A DNA stretch of 64,000 nt from Oscillospiraceae bacterium (lineage in GTDB: Bacteria; Bacillota; Clostridia; Oscillospirales; QAMX01): assembly GCA_015067715.1 (NCBI GenBank), contig SVLY01000002.1:3657-67656 (forward strand), written 5' to 3'. Every line of letters begins with the position of its first letter. Positions within the stretch are counted from its first letter, which is position 1. The position numbers were made by a program, and so were the translations under genes. Below, one piece after another: positions 8,201 through 17,345 of this stretch. Under the pieces are notes generated by a model. The model saw only the letters and a list, made by a program, of their open reading frames with translations. It was not told the origin of the DNA and ran no database searches.

Positions 8201-10708
8201 ATGGAGCAATACGATATAACCGGAATGAGCTGTGCGGCCTGTGTTGCAAGGGTGGAAAAAGCAGTTTCCGCCGTGCCGGGTGTGGAGAGCTGTTCTGTGA
8301 GCCTGCTTACAAACTCCATGGGAGTGACGGGAAGCGCGGACGAAAAGTCCATCATCGCCGCTGTTGAAGCCGCGGGCTACGGAGCGGGGAAAAAGGGCAC
8401 CGCGTCAAAGGGCAAAGCCGAATCCCGGGGGGAAGATGCCCTTGCGGACAGGGAAACTCCCGTTTTGAAAAGGCGGCTGTTCTGGAGTCTTGGATTTCTC
8501 TGCGTGCTGATGTACGTTTCCATGGGGCATGGCATGTGGGGCTGGCCTCTGCCGGGGTTTTTCTGTGATAATCCCGTTGCGGTAGGGCTTTTGCAGCTGC
8601 TTCTTACGGGAGCGGTTATGGTGATAAACCAGAAATTCTTTATCTCCGGCTTTAAGAGTGCATTTAAGCTTTCTCCGAATATGGACACGCTGGTGGCCCT
8701 GGGGGCTTCTGCGGCGTTTATCTACAGTACCGTGGTGCTTTTCGGGCTGTCCGGGGCTGTGGCAGAGGGCAACGCAGAAAAAATTGCAGAGCTCAGCCAC
8801 GAATACTATTTTGAATCCGCCGCAATGATACTCGCCCTTATCACCGTTGGCAAGCTTTTGGAGGCGCGCTCAAAGGGAAAGACGACCTCTGCGCTGAAAA
8901 GCCTTTTAAAGCTGGCTCCCAAAACCGCAACACTTATCCGTGACGGCCGGGAGGAGACCGTTGACGTTGAAGAGGTTCGCCCGGAAGATATCTTCGCCGT
9001 ACGCCCGGGAGAGAGCATTCCCGTGGACGGAGTGGTGGTTGAAGGTCACACCGCCGTGGACGAGTCTGCCCTCACCGGCGAGAGCCTGCCCGTTGACAAG
9101 GACGTGGGCATGACGGTTTCTGCCGGAACTTTGAACCGCTCGGGCTTTGTGAAATGCCGTGCCACGCGTGTGGGCGAAAACACCACCATCGCCGGAATAA
9201 TCAAAATGGTCAGCGATGCCGCCGCAACAAAGGCGCCCATCGCCCGCGTTGCAGATAAGGTCGCCGGGTTCTTCGTGCCGGTGGTGATGGGAATAGCCCT
9301 TGTGACAACGGCGCTCTGGCTCATCTTTGGCTCAGAGGGCGTTGGCTACGCTTTGGCGAGGGGGATCTCCGTTCTGGTAATAAGCTGTCCCTGCGCTATG
9401 GGGCTTGCAACACCCGTTGCCATAATGGTTGGCTCGGGGCTGGGAGCGAAAAACGGCATACTGTTCAAATCGGCCTCCGCCCTTGAAACGGCGGGTCGAG
9501 TGTCCGTTGTTGCGCTGGACAAGACCGGCACGGTCACCCGGGGTACTCCCGAGGTGACGGATATCGTTCCGGCGGAGGGGGTCTCTGAGGCTGAGCTGAC
9601 ACGGCTTGCCTACGGGCTTGAGGCAAAGAGCGAGCATCCCCTTGGAAAGAGCATCGTTTCCCACGCTCAAATGCTGGGCGCAGAGCTTGCTTCTGCGGAA
9701 AACTTTGAGATACTTCCGGGCAACGGACTTGTGGGCACCGTTGAGGGAAGAGCCGCCTTTGGCGGAAACGGGGACTTTGCCGCCCTGCGTGCAGAGGCAG
9801 ACCCCGGTCTTGCAAAAATTGCCGCCGGACTTGCCGCGGAGGGGAAAACCCCCATATATTTCGGTGCAGACGGAAAGCTTTGGGGCGTTATCGCAGTGGC
9901 GGACGCCATCAAGCCCGAAAGCCCCGGGGCTGTCCGGGAGCTTAAAAACATGGGGTTGAGAGTTGTTATGCTCACAGGGGACAACGGCGTTACCGCCCGT
10001 GCCATTGCATCCCGCGCCGGCATAGACGAGGTCATCTCCGACGTGCTCCCCGAGGGCAAGGAGGCAGCCGTGAGAGAGCTTTCTGCCCAGGGGCGCGTTG
10101 CCATGGTTGGGGATGGCATAAACGACGCTCCCGCCCTTACCCGTGCGGACGTTGGCATTGCCATCGGCGCCGGAACGGACGTTGCCATAGATGCGGCGGA
10201 TATCGTTCTTGTGAACAGCTCTCTGTCCGACGTTCCGGCCGCTGTTCGCCTTGGCAGACGGACTCTGCGAATTATAAAGCAGAATCTCTTCTGGGCGTTC
10301 ATATACAATATTCTGGGCATCCCCCTTGCGGCAGGGCTGTTCATTCCTCTGTTGAACTGGGAGCTTTCGCCCATGTTCGGCGCGGCGGCAATGAGCATTT
10401 CCAGCTTCTGCGTTGTTTCAAACGCCCTGAGGCTGAACCTGTTTGACGTTCACGATCCGGTTCACGACCGAAAAATAAAACAAAAAATCAAAAAGGAGAA
10501 AAAACCTATGACCAGGACACTTAAGATCGAAGGCATGATGTGCCCCCACTGCGAGGCGAGAGTTAAAAAGGTGCTGGAAGCCATGGAGGGCGTTGCCTCC
10601 GCAGAGGTAAGCCACAAGGAAGGCACAGCAGTTGTCACACTTTCCGCAAAGGTCTCCGACGAAGCTCTTAAAAAGACCGTCGAGGATGCGGGCTACACGG
10701 TTCTCTGA
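8201..10708 (+). CDS. copA: copper-translocating P1B-type ATPase with N- and C-terminal HMA domains
   Basis: GGGAGG then ATG at 8201. N-terminal GMSCAACV, CPC motif (SCPCAMGLATP), DKTGT, GDGINDAP. The extra C-terminal HMA domain starts at 10508 (GMMCPHCE). Confidence 0.9.
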   Translation: MEQYDITGMSCAACVARVEKAVSAVPGVESCSVSLLTNSMGVTGSADEKSIIAAVEAAGYGAGKKGTASKGKAESRGEDALADRETPVLKRRLFWSLGFLCVLMYVSMGHGMWGWPLPGFFCDNPVAVGLLQLLLTGAVMVINQKFFISGFKSAFKLSPNMDTLVALGASAAFIYSTVVLFGLSGAVAEGNAEKIAELSHEYYFESAAMILALITVGKLLEARSKGKTTSALKSLLKLAPKTATLIRDGREETVDVEEVRPEDIFAVRPGESIPVDGVVVEGHTAVDESALTGESLPVDKDVGMTVSAGTLNRSGFVKCRATRVGENTTIAGIIKMVSDAAATKAPIARVADKVAGFFVPVVMGIALVTTALWLIFGSEGVGYALARGISVLVISCPCAMGLATPVAIMVGSGLGAKNGILFKSASALETAGRVSVVALDKTGTVTRGTPEVTDIVPAEGVSEAELTRLAYGLEAKSEHPLGKSIVSHAQMLGAELASAENFEILPGNGLVGTVEGRAAFGGNGDFAALRAEADPGLAKIAAGLAAEGKTPIYFGADGKLWGVIAVADAIKPESPGAVRELKNMGLRVVMLTGDNGVTARAIASRAGIDEVISDVLPEGKEAAVRELSAQGRVAMVGDGINDAPALTRADVGIAIGAGTDVAIDAADIVLVNSSLSDVPAAVRLGRRTLRIIKQNLFWAFIYNILGIPLAAGLFIPLLNWELSPMFGAAAMSISSFCVVSNALRLNLFDVHDPVHDRKIKQKIKKEKKPMTRTLKIEGMMCPHCEARVKKVLEAMEGVASAEVSHKEGTAVVTLSAKVSDEALKKTVEDAGYTVL

Positions 10709-10716
10709 GAAAAGAA

Positions 10717-10758
10717 ACGCCAACGGAAACAGCTTTTGCTTTCCGTTGGCGTTTTTTG
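10717..10758 (+). terminator. rho-independent terminator of copA
   Basis: ACGCCAACGGAAA (10717..10729) pairs with TTTCCGTTGGCGT (10740..10752), followed by a T-run. Confidence 0.8.
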
Positions 10759-10775
10759 TTGCGGTTTACTTTTTT
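10752..10775. repeat. left copy of an imperfect direct repeat flanking a ~190-bp insert
   Basis: TTTTTTGTTGCGGTTTACTTTTTT recurs as TTTTTTCGTTGCGGTTGACTTTTTA at 10964..10988. Confidence 0.6.
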
Positions 10776-10824
10776 GAGCTGACTCACCAAAATTAACCCC
10801 ATCATCGCGCGTTACCGCACAAAC

Positions 10825-10850
10825 GTAGGGACGCCCCTCCCGGGGCGTCC
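10825..10850. repeat. GC-rich hairpin module of the interspersed repeat family (inverted orientation)
   Basis: GTAGGGACGCCCCTCCCGGGGCGTCC is the reverse complement of the GGACGCCCCGGGAGGGGCGTCCCTAC end of the 114-bp units at 20046 and 20327. Confidence 0.75.
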
Positions 10851-10963
10851 GAAAGGCCGCCATCGGCACACGGCTTAAACCCCGGACGCAAAATCCGAAA
10901 CAGGCTGCAACGGGCAACAGGCTCTGCTTATTAAAAAAATACCCGTTGCTCTTCCCGTGGGAC

Positions 10964-10988
10964 TTTTTTCGTTGCGGTTGACTTTTTA
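10964..10988. repeat. right copy of the imperfect direct repeat; also carries the -35 box of the downstream promoter
   Basis: See 10752..10775. The TTGACT within it is followed 17 nt later by TACTAT, upstream of the 11051 gene. Confidence 0.55.
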
Positions 10989-11050
10989 TCTTTTTTTATG
11001 TACTATATAACTGAAGCTCATAAATGATAGTCTGGGAGGTTTTTGGATAT

Positions 11051-13585
11051 ATGAAGGTAGTTGTTTTGGGAGCCGTTGCCGCAGGAACAAAGACGGCGGC
11101 CAAGCTGAAACGGGCGTGCCCCGGGGCAGAGGTTGAGATATACACGATGGATCGGGAAATATCCCGGGCGGCCTGCGGTCTGCCCTATTACGTTGGAGGG
11201 ATCATAGAAGATGAGGCCGAGCTCAGCGTTATGACCCCGGAAAGGTTTTCTTCCCTCACCGGAGCCTCCGTTCATACGGGCTTTGAGGCCGTCGGGCTGG
11301 ACGGGGAAAAGAAGACGGTTTTTGTAAAAGACCTTGCCGCAGGTGACGTGAGTCCCGTCGCTTACGACAGGCTGGTTATCGCCACGGGAGCTTCGGCCTT
11401 TGTGCCGGACGTTCCGGGACGGGACCTTCCCGGCGCTTTCACCCTGCGCACCCCCAGTGACGCCGTTGAGATCAGAAAGCATATTTCCCAAAAGAACGTA
11501 AAGCGCGCCGTTGTGGTTGGGGGAAGCTTTATCGGCCTTGAAATGGCAGATAACCTTCATTCCGCCGGAATATCCGTTACCGTTGCAGAAGGGGCAGGTG
11601 AGCTTCTTCCCGGTGTCTTCGACCCGGAAATGGCAGCTTATATCCGGCGGCATCTGGAAAAACAGGGCATCCGTACCCTCACCGGAGCAAAGGTGAACGC
11701 CATCTGTGCCGAAGGGGAGATGCTCTCCGTTGAAACGGAGACGAAAAGCCTTCCTGCCGGGGCGGTCATTATTGCCGCCGGAATAAGGCCGAACACCGCT
11801 TTTTTGCGGGACAGCGGCGTTGAGCTTATTTCCGGCAGGATAGCCGTAAACGAATTTATGGAGACCAGCCTTCCGGACGTGTACGCCGCCGGGGACTGTG
11901 CCATGGTAAAAAACCGCATCACCGGAGAAAAACAGTGGTCACCAATGGGCTCTTCGGCAAACCTTGAGGGCAGGGTGCTGGGACGTGTTCTTTCCGGCGA
12001 AAAGGCCGCTTTCCCGGGAGTTCTGGGTACGGCCATACTCCGTCTGCCGGAGCTAAACTGCGCCCGTACCGGCCTGGGAGAGGAAAGTGCAAGGCTTTCC
12101 GGCTTTGATCCGGTGACCGCCCTTGTTGTTTCGGACGACAAGCCCGGCTACTGGCCGGATGCTTCGGTCTTTTTCACAAAGCTAATTGCCGACCGGGCTA
12201 CCCACAGAATACTGGGCGCTCAGATTCTCGGCAAGGGTGCCGTGGACAAAATGGCGGATATCGCCGTTGCGGCAATCTGCTGTGGGGGAACTTTGGAGGA
12301 TCTTGAAAACGGGGATTTTGCCTACGCTCCGCCCTTTTCAACCGCCATTCACCCCTTTGCCCTCACCGTGCAGGTTTTGCAGAACAAGCTCCGGGGGGAT
12401 ACTGTCACCATCACCCCGGCGGAATACGCCGCAGGGGCTGCCGAGGGCTATACTCTCATAGATGCCGGCACTGCCTCCGGGCTTAAGGGCGTACGCCGTC
12501 TGACGGCCTCTGAGGTCAGGGAGCTTCCGGAGGGACTCTCTCAGAGGGACAGGCTTTTGCTTGTGTGCAACCGGGGCAAGGGGGCGTATCTTCTGCAGAA
12601 CCGCCTTATGGCGCTTGGATTTATTAACACCGCCGTGCTTGAGGGCGGCGTGATGTTCAACGAGGTCAGCCTTCCCGTGAGCGCGGAGGAGGTCGCCAGA
12701 ATAAAGGGTCTTGGCTTCCTTTCGGACAAGACCACCAAGGATTGCTTCAACGTAAGAGTTATAACCCGTAACGGAAAGATAACCGCCGAGGAGAGCATTG
12801 CGATCGCCTCCGGGGCAAAGCAGTTTGGAAGCGGTGAGGTGGCAATGACCTCACGCATGACCGTTGAGATCCAGCGTGTGCCCTACGCCAATGTGGACGC
12901 GCTGATTGCTTATCTTGCCGCCCACGGGCTTGAGACGGGAGGAACGGGGCCGAAGGTCAGACCCGTTGTTTCCTGCAAGGGAACCACCTGCCGCTTCGGG
13001 CTTATAGATACCTTCGGCCTGTCCGAAGAGATACACCGCCGCTTCTACAAGGGCTACCACGGGGTAAAGCTTCCCCACAAGCTTAAGATCGCCGTTGGCG
13101 GCTGTCCCAACAACTGCGTCAAGCCGGACATAAACGACATCGGCATTATCGGCCAGCGTGTGCCCTCTGTTGAGGATACCTGCCGGGGATGCAAGGTCTG
13201 TCAGGCGGAAAAGAACTGCCCCATGAAGGCACTGTCGATGGAAAACGGAAAAGCGGTCATCAACAGAGAACTCTGCAACAACTGCGGCAGATGCGCTCCG
13301 AAATGCCCCTTTAAGGCGATCAGGGCGGACAAAGAGGGCTACAGAGTCTTCGTTGGCGGAAAGTGGGGCAAAAAAGCCGCCCGGGGAATTGCTTTGGACA
13401 GGGTGTTTGAGTCAAAGCAGGACGTGCTCGACACCGTTGAAAGCTGTATTCTCTTCTTCCGTGACAAGGGCGAAGCCGGAGAGCGCTTTGGAGATACAAT
13501 TGCCAGAGTCGGCTTTGAGATGGCGCAGAAGCTCATCCTCTCCGGAGAGCTTCTGGAGCGAAAAAAAGAGATAATCGGAAAATGA
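11051..13585 (+). CDS. multidomain fusion: CoA-disulfide/NADH-oxidase-like flavoprotein + rhodanese + sulfite/nitrite-reductase-like 4Fe-4S domain
   Basis: MKVVVLGAVAAG start. Redox Cys motif SRAACGLPYY, second dinucleotide fold VVVGGSFIGLE, and AAGDCA. Rhodanese loop LLLVCNRGKG. C-terminal SCKGTTCRFG...GGCPNNC plus two ferredoxin CxxCxxCxxxCP motifs. Confidence 0.8.
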   Translation: MKVVVLGAVAAGTKTAAKLKRACPGAEVEIYTMDREISRAACGLPYYVGGIIEDEAELSVMTPERFSSLTGASVHTGFEAVGLDGEKKTVFVKDLAAGDVSPVAYDRLVIATGASAFVPDVPGRDLPGAFTLRTPSDAVEIRKHISQKNVKRAVVVGGSFIGLEMADNLHSAGISVTVAEGAGELLPGVFDPEMAAYIRRHLEKQGIRTLTGAKVNAICAEGEMLSVETETKSLPAGAVIIAAGIRPNTAFLRDSGVELISGRIAVNEFMETSLPDVYAAGDCAMVKNRITGEKQWSPMGSSANLEGRVLGRVLSGEKAAFPGVLGTAILRLPELNCARTGLGEESARLSGFDPVTALVVSDDKPGYWPDASVFFTKLIADRATHRILGAQILGKGAVDKMADIAVAAICCGGTLEDLENGDFAYAPPFSTAIHPFALTVQVLQNKLRGDTVTITPAEYAAGAAEGYTLIDAGTASGLKGVRRLTASEVRELPEGLSQRDRLLLVCNRGKGAYLLQNRLMALGFINTAVLEGGVMFNEVSLPVSAEEVARIKGLGFLSDKTTKDCFNVRVITRNGKITAEESIAIASGAKQFGSGEVAMTSRMTVEIQRVPYANVDALIAYLAAHGLETGGTGPKVRPVVSCKGTTCRFGLIDTFGLSEEIHRRFYKGYHGVKLPHKLKIAVGGCPNNCVKPDINDIGIIGQRVPSVEDTCRGCKVCQAEKNCPMKALSMENGKAVINRELCNNCGRCAPKCPFKAIRADKEGYRVFVGGKWGKKAARGIALDRVFESKQDVLDTVESCILFFRDKGEAGERFGDTIARVGFEMAQKLILSGELLERKKEIIGK

Positions 13586-14532
13586 GCAGAAGACTTTGTT
13601 GTTTTCTTTTGGCTGTGAGTGCTGCTTTGGGGATGTTTTCCGCCTGCGGAGAAAGTGACGGGGCACAGACCGGGGCTTATTATACCTTCACCGACGGTCT
13701 TGGGGTAAGCATATCCCTCCCCGAAAAGCCGGAAAGGGTCGCCGTGCTCTTTTCCTCCCTTGGAGATATCTGGCTATTGTCCGGGGGAGAGCTTTGTATT
13801 ACCGTGGGCGAGACCGTGGAGCGGGGGCTTGTTGACGAAGACTCAGTTACCCTCTGCGACAGCGGAGCGGGAAAGACCGTTAACACCGAGGTGCTCCTCG
13901 CCGCCGAGCCGGACTTTGTGATCTGCTCTGCGGATATCGGCGCCCAGAGAGAGGCGGCGGCAATGCTGAATTCCTCCGGGATACCTGCGGCCTGCTTCCG
14001 TGTGGACAGCTTTGAGGACTATCTTGCCATGCTGAAGATCTGCACAGACATCACCCAAAACCGCGAGGCCTACCGGGTTCACGGCGCTGAGCTTGCAAAG
14101 CGTGTGGAACACCTTATCGCCGGAACGGCGGGCAAAGACGGGGGAGAGATCCTCTTTGTTCGGTCGGGCTCCGGGGCGTCCTCTGCAAAGGCAAAGACTC
14201 CGGAAATGCATTTTGCCGCGGCAATGCTTCGGGATATCGGCACGGAGAACGTAGCCTCTGCCGCCCCGGTGCTTCTCGACGGGCTGAGCATTGAGGCCGT
14301 TATCGCCGCAGACCCGGATATTATCTTTATCTCTGTTATGGGAAACGAAGAGGCCGCAAGAGCCCATATGGACTCGGTGCTCGCAAGCGAGCCCTGGCAG
14401 GCCATTTCTGCCGTGAGAGAGGGCAGGGTATATTATCTGCCCCGTGAGCTCTTTCAGTATAAGCCAAACGCCTCGTGGGATGAGGCTTACCAATATCTGA
14501 TCGGAAAGGTTTATGGAGAATCGGAGAAATAA
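13582..14532 (+). CDS. ABC transporter substrate-binding lipoprotein (FecB/BtuF-type, iron-siderophore/cobalamin family)
   Basis: The ATG overlaps the upstream stop (ATGA). Lipobox LGMFSACG. Periplasmic-binding-protein-2 layout (PDFVICS, PDIIFIS). Confidence 0.8.
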   Translation: MSRRLCCFLLAVSAALGMFSACGESDGAQTGAYYTFTDGLGVSISLPEKPERVAVLFSSLGDIWLLSGGELCITVGETVERGLVDEDSVTLCDSGAGKTVNTEVLLAAEPDFVICSADIGAQREAAAMLNSSGIPAACFRVDSFEDYLAMLKICTDITQNREAYRVHGAELAKRVEHLIAGTAGKDGGEILFVRSGSGASSAKAKTPEMHFAAAMLRDIGTENVASAAPVLLDGLSIEAVIAADPDIIFISVMGNEEAARAHMDSVLASEPWQAISAVREGRVYYLPRELFQYKPNASWDEAYQYLIGKVYGESEK

Positions 14533-15502
14533 AACCGGAAAATATCTTCTTGCCGGGGCTGTTTTGGTGACGGCTTTTGTTTTGGCGCTGTTTTTCGGGG
14601 GGACAAGGCTGAGCCCCGGGGAGGTCTTTGGTGGGCTGTTTGGATTTGGGGGAGAGACCGCCGGGGTCATCATGCGCTCGGTGAGATTGCCCCGCGTTCT
14701 GGGCTGTGTGCTGTGCGGAACGGGGCTGAGCGTTTCCGGAATAATTCTGCAGAGCATAACGGACAACGGCCTTGCGGGGCCGAATATCGTGGGCGTGAAC
14801 TCCGGAGCGGGACTTGGGGCGATACTTTTTCTGTTCTTCTTTCCCGGCGCGGTAAAATTAATGCCCCTGTGCGCCTTTGGGGGAGCGTTTCTCACAACTT
14901 TAGGTGTGCTTTGGCTCTCCAAAAGGCTTGGGGGCGGAAGGCACAGCGTGATACTTGGGGGACTTGCCCTTAACGCCGTGCTCAACGCCGGGATATCCTT
15001 CGTCTCTCTTCTGGACGGGGACGTTCTGACCTCGTACAACTATTTTTCTGTTGGCGGCCTTTCCGGGGTCATGGCAGGTGAGCTGGCAGTTCCGGGGGCA
15101 ATAATCGCCCTTGGGTGGACAGCGGCGTTTTTGCTGGGCAAGAGAATGACCGTGCTCTCCCTTGGGGACGGAGTTGCGGCCTCTCTTGGAATTTCCGTTG
15201 AGCGTTTGCGGATCGCGGCGCTGCTGTGTGCAAGCGCCTCGGCGGCGGCTGTGGTGAGCTTTGCGGGTCTGCTTGGCTTTGTGGGGCTTGTGGTGCCACA
15301 TATCCTAAGACGGCTGTTTGGCTCTGGGGTCAGAGAATGCGTGCTGGGAGCGCCCCTTGTGGGCGGCGCTTTGGTGCTGTGCGCCGACCTTTTGGGCAGA
15401 GTTGTCATCGCTCCGGCGGAGGTCCCCGTTGGGATAATCATGGCGCTTATCGGCGCGCCCTTCTTTATTTTCGTGCTGGCAAGGAGGGAAAAACGTGGTT
15501 GA
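14513..15502 (+). CDS. FecCD/BtuC-family ABC transporter permease
   Basis: 329-aa polytopic ORF with PRVL, GLAGPNIVGVNSGAG and IGAPFFI, typical of the FecCD family. Confidence 0.85.
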   Translation: MENRRNKTGKYLLAGAVLVTAFVLALFFGGTRLSPGEVFGGLFGFGGETAGVIMRSVRLPRVLGCVLCGTGLSVSGIILQSITDNGLAGPNIVGVNSGAGLGAILFLFFFPGAVKLMPLCAFGGAFLTTLGVLWLSKRLGGGRHSVILGGLALNAVLNAGISFVSLLDGDVLTSYNYFSVGGLSGVMAGELAVPGAIIALGWTAAFLLGKRMTVLSLGDGVAASLGISVERLRIAALLCASASAAAVVSFAGLLGFVGLVVPHILRRLFGSGVRECVLGAPLVGGALVLCADLLGRVVIAPAEVPVGIIMALIGAPFFIFVLARREKRG

Positions 15503-16262
15503 GATAAGCTCCCTCTCCGTCACTCTCGGGGGCAAAGCTCTGCTCTCCGGGGTGGATATGAAGATCAACAGGGGCAGGCTGAATATTCTTCTGGGCAGAA
15601 ACGGCTCGGGCAAAACGACCCTTATAAACTGCCTTAACCGCACCGTTCCCTACAGTGGAAGAATTCTGATCTCCGGGAAGGACTTATCAAAGCTCTCTCC
15701 CGGGGAAAAAGCCCGGCTTTGCGCCTTTGTGCCCCAACTTTTGCCAACGCCCCGGCTGAAGGTGGGCGAGCTTGTTCCCATGGGGCGCACGCCCCATATC
15801 CCTCTTGGGAAAAGACCCACCGCCGAAGATATTTCCGCTGTGACCGCCGCGCAGGAGCGAATGGGACTTGGTGCGCTTTGGCACAGGGAGCTTTCCTCTC
15901 TTTCCGGCGGAGAGCTTCAGCGGGCGTATCTTGCCATGGCTCTGGCACAGGATACGGAGCTTCTGATCCTTGACGAGCCCACGTCGCACATGGATATCAT
16001 CGCCGCAGAGGAGTTTATGACCCTTTGCCGTGAGCTTGTGGACGGATCGGGCAAGACCCTTCTGGTCACCGTCCACGATATTGCGTCTGCCGTGCGCTTT
16101 GGGGACGATATCACCGTGGTAAAGGACGGACGGCCTGTGTTTTCCGGCGCGAAAGAGGCCTGTCTTGAAGCGCAGATACTGGAAAAAACATTCTCACTTG
16201 AAAGATACACCCATGGGGACAGGATATTCTTCTGCCCTGATGGGGGTGAGGGAGGAATTTGA
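15495..16262 (+). CDS. ABC transporter ATP-binding protein (FecE/BtuD-like)
   Basis: AGGAGGG then GTG at 15495. Walker [10 protein letters not shown], signature LSGGELQR, Walker B LLILDEPT. Confidence 0.85.
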   Translation: MVEISSLSVTLGGKALLSGVDMKINRGRLNILLGRNGSGKTTLINCLNRTVPYSGRILISGKDLSKLSPGEKARLCAFVPQLLPTPRLKVGELVPMGRTPHIPLGKRPTAEDISAVTAAQERMGLGALWHRELSSLSGGELQRAYLAMALAQDTELLILDEPTSHMDIIAAEEFMTLCRELVDGSGKTLLVTVHDIASAVRFGDDITVVKDGRPVFSGAKEACLEAQILEKTFSLERYTHGDRIFFCPDGGEGGI

Positions 16263-16263
16263 A

Positions 16264-17235
16264 ATGCCCTTTGAGATAGTCAGAAACGACATAACGAAAA
16301 TGAAGGTGGACGTTGCTGTCAATGCCGCAAACCCGTCGCTTGCCCCCGGAGGGGGAGTTTGCGGCAGTATCCACCGCGCCGCAGGTCCTGCCCTTGCGGA
16401 AGAGTGCGCCGCCCTTGGGGGCTGTGAGACGGGCAAAGCCAAGGCGACACGGGGCTATAATATGCCCTGCCGCTATATTATCCACACCGTCGGCCCTGTG
16501 TGGAAAGGCGGTAACTCCGGCGAAAAGGAGGCTCTTGCCTCGTGCTACAGAGAGAGCCTCTCTCTTGCCCAAAGTCTTGGGTGCGAAAGCATTGCCTTTC
16601 CCCTTATCTCCTCGGGGATCTACGGCTATCCCGGGGACAGGGCGCTGAAGGTGGCAACAGAGACTATCGAGGCTTTTCTTGCCCACAGCGATATGACGGT
16701 GTACCTCGTTGTGTTCGACAAAAAGAACTTCTCTATAGGCGAGGCGCTCTATGCGGACATTGCGGCTTTTATAGACGATGCCTACGTTCGGGAGTTCGGG
16801 CTTTTCCGACGGGAGGCCGCCGCGCCAATGGCAATGGCACCCTGCATGGCGTCGGAGGACATGGCCGCTCTTCCGGAAATTCCGGAGCTGGACGAGAGTT
16901 TTTCCCAGCGGCTCTTGCGCATGATGGACGAGCGGGGAATGAGCGCTCCGGAGTGCTACAAGAGAGCAAACGTGGACAAAAAGCTGTTCTCGAAGATCAA
17001 AAACCAAAGCCTCCACACCCCGGCAAAAACCACGGTGCTGGCCTTTGCCGTTGCTCTGAGGCTGGACCTTGACGATACGAGAGAGCTTTTGGACAGCGCG
17101 GGATATTCCCTCTCCCGGAGCAAAAAGCTGGACGTTATCGTTGAATATTTCATCTCCCGGGGAAAATACGATATCTTCGAGATAAACGAGGCTCTCTTTG
17201 CCTTCGACCAGAGCCTGCTGGGCGGAAAATACTGA
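16264..17235 (+). CDS. macro domain protein with C-terminal uncharacterised domain
   Basis: GGGAGG then ATG at 16264. [41 protein letters not shown]...[14 protein letters not shown] is a classic macro (ADP-ribose binding/hydrolase) fold, followed by a ~130-aa helical tail. Confidence 0.8.
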   Translation: MPFEIVRNDITKMKVDVAVNAANPSLAPGGGVCGSIHRAAGPALAEECAALGGCETGKAKATRGYNMPCRYIIHTVGPVWKGGNSGEKEALASCYRESLSLAQSLGCESIAFPLISSGIYGYPGDRALKVATETIEAFLAHSDMTVYLVVFDKKNFSIGEALYADIAAFIDDAYVREFGLFRREAAAPMAMAPCMASEDMAALPEIPELDESFSQRLLRMMDERGMSAPECYKRANVDKKLFSKIKNQSLHTPAKTTVLAFAVALRLDLDDTRELLDSAGYSLSRSKKLDVIVEYFISRGKYDIFEINEALFAFDQSLLGGKY

Positions 17236-17246
17236 TAAAAATTTTT

Positions 17247-17279
17247 AAAGGTCGCTTGGTAGGCGACCTTTTGCTTTCC
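17247..17279 (+). terminator. rho-independent terminator
   Basis: AAAGGTCGC (17247..17255) pairs with GCGACCTTT (17263..17271), then TTGCTTT. Confidence 0.6.
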
Positions 17280-17345
17280 CAAAAGAGCTATAATATGCCT
17301 GCGATCGAGAGAAACGCAAAAATACTTTTTGGGAGGAAAACGAAA

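Noticed and set aside
13843-15039. 398-aa minus-strand ORF across the ABC transporter genes.
   Set aside because: Its translation is Pro/Arg/Ser-rich and antisense to clearly recognisable binding-protein and FecCD permease genes.
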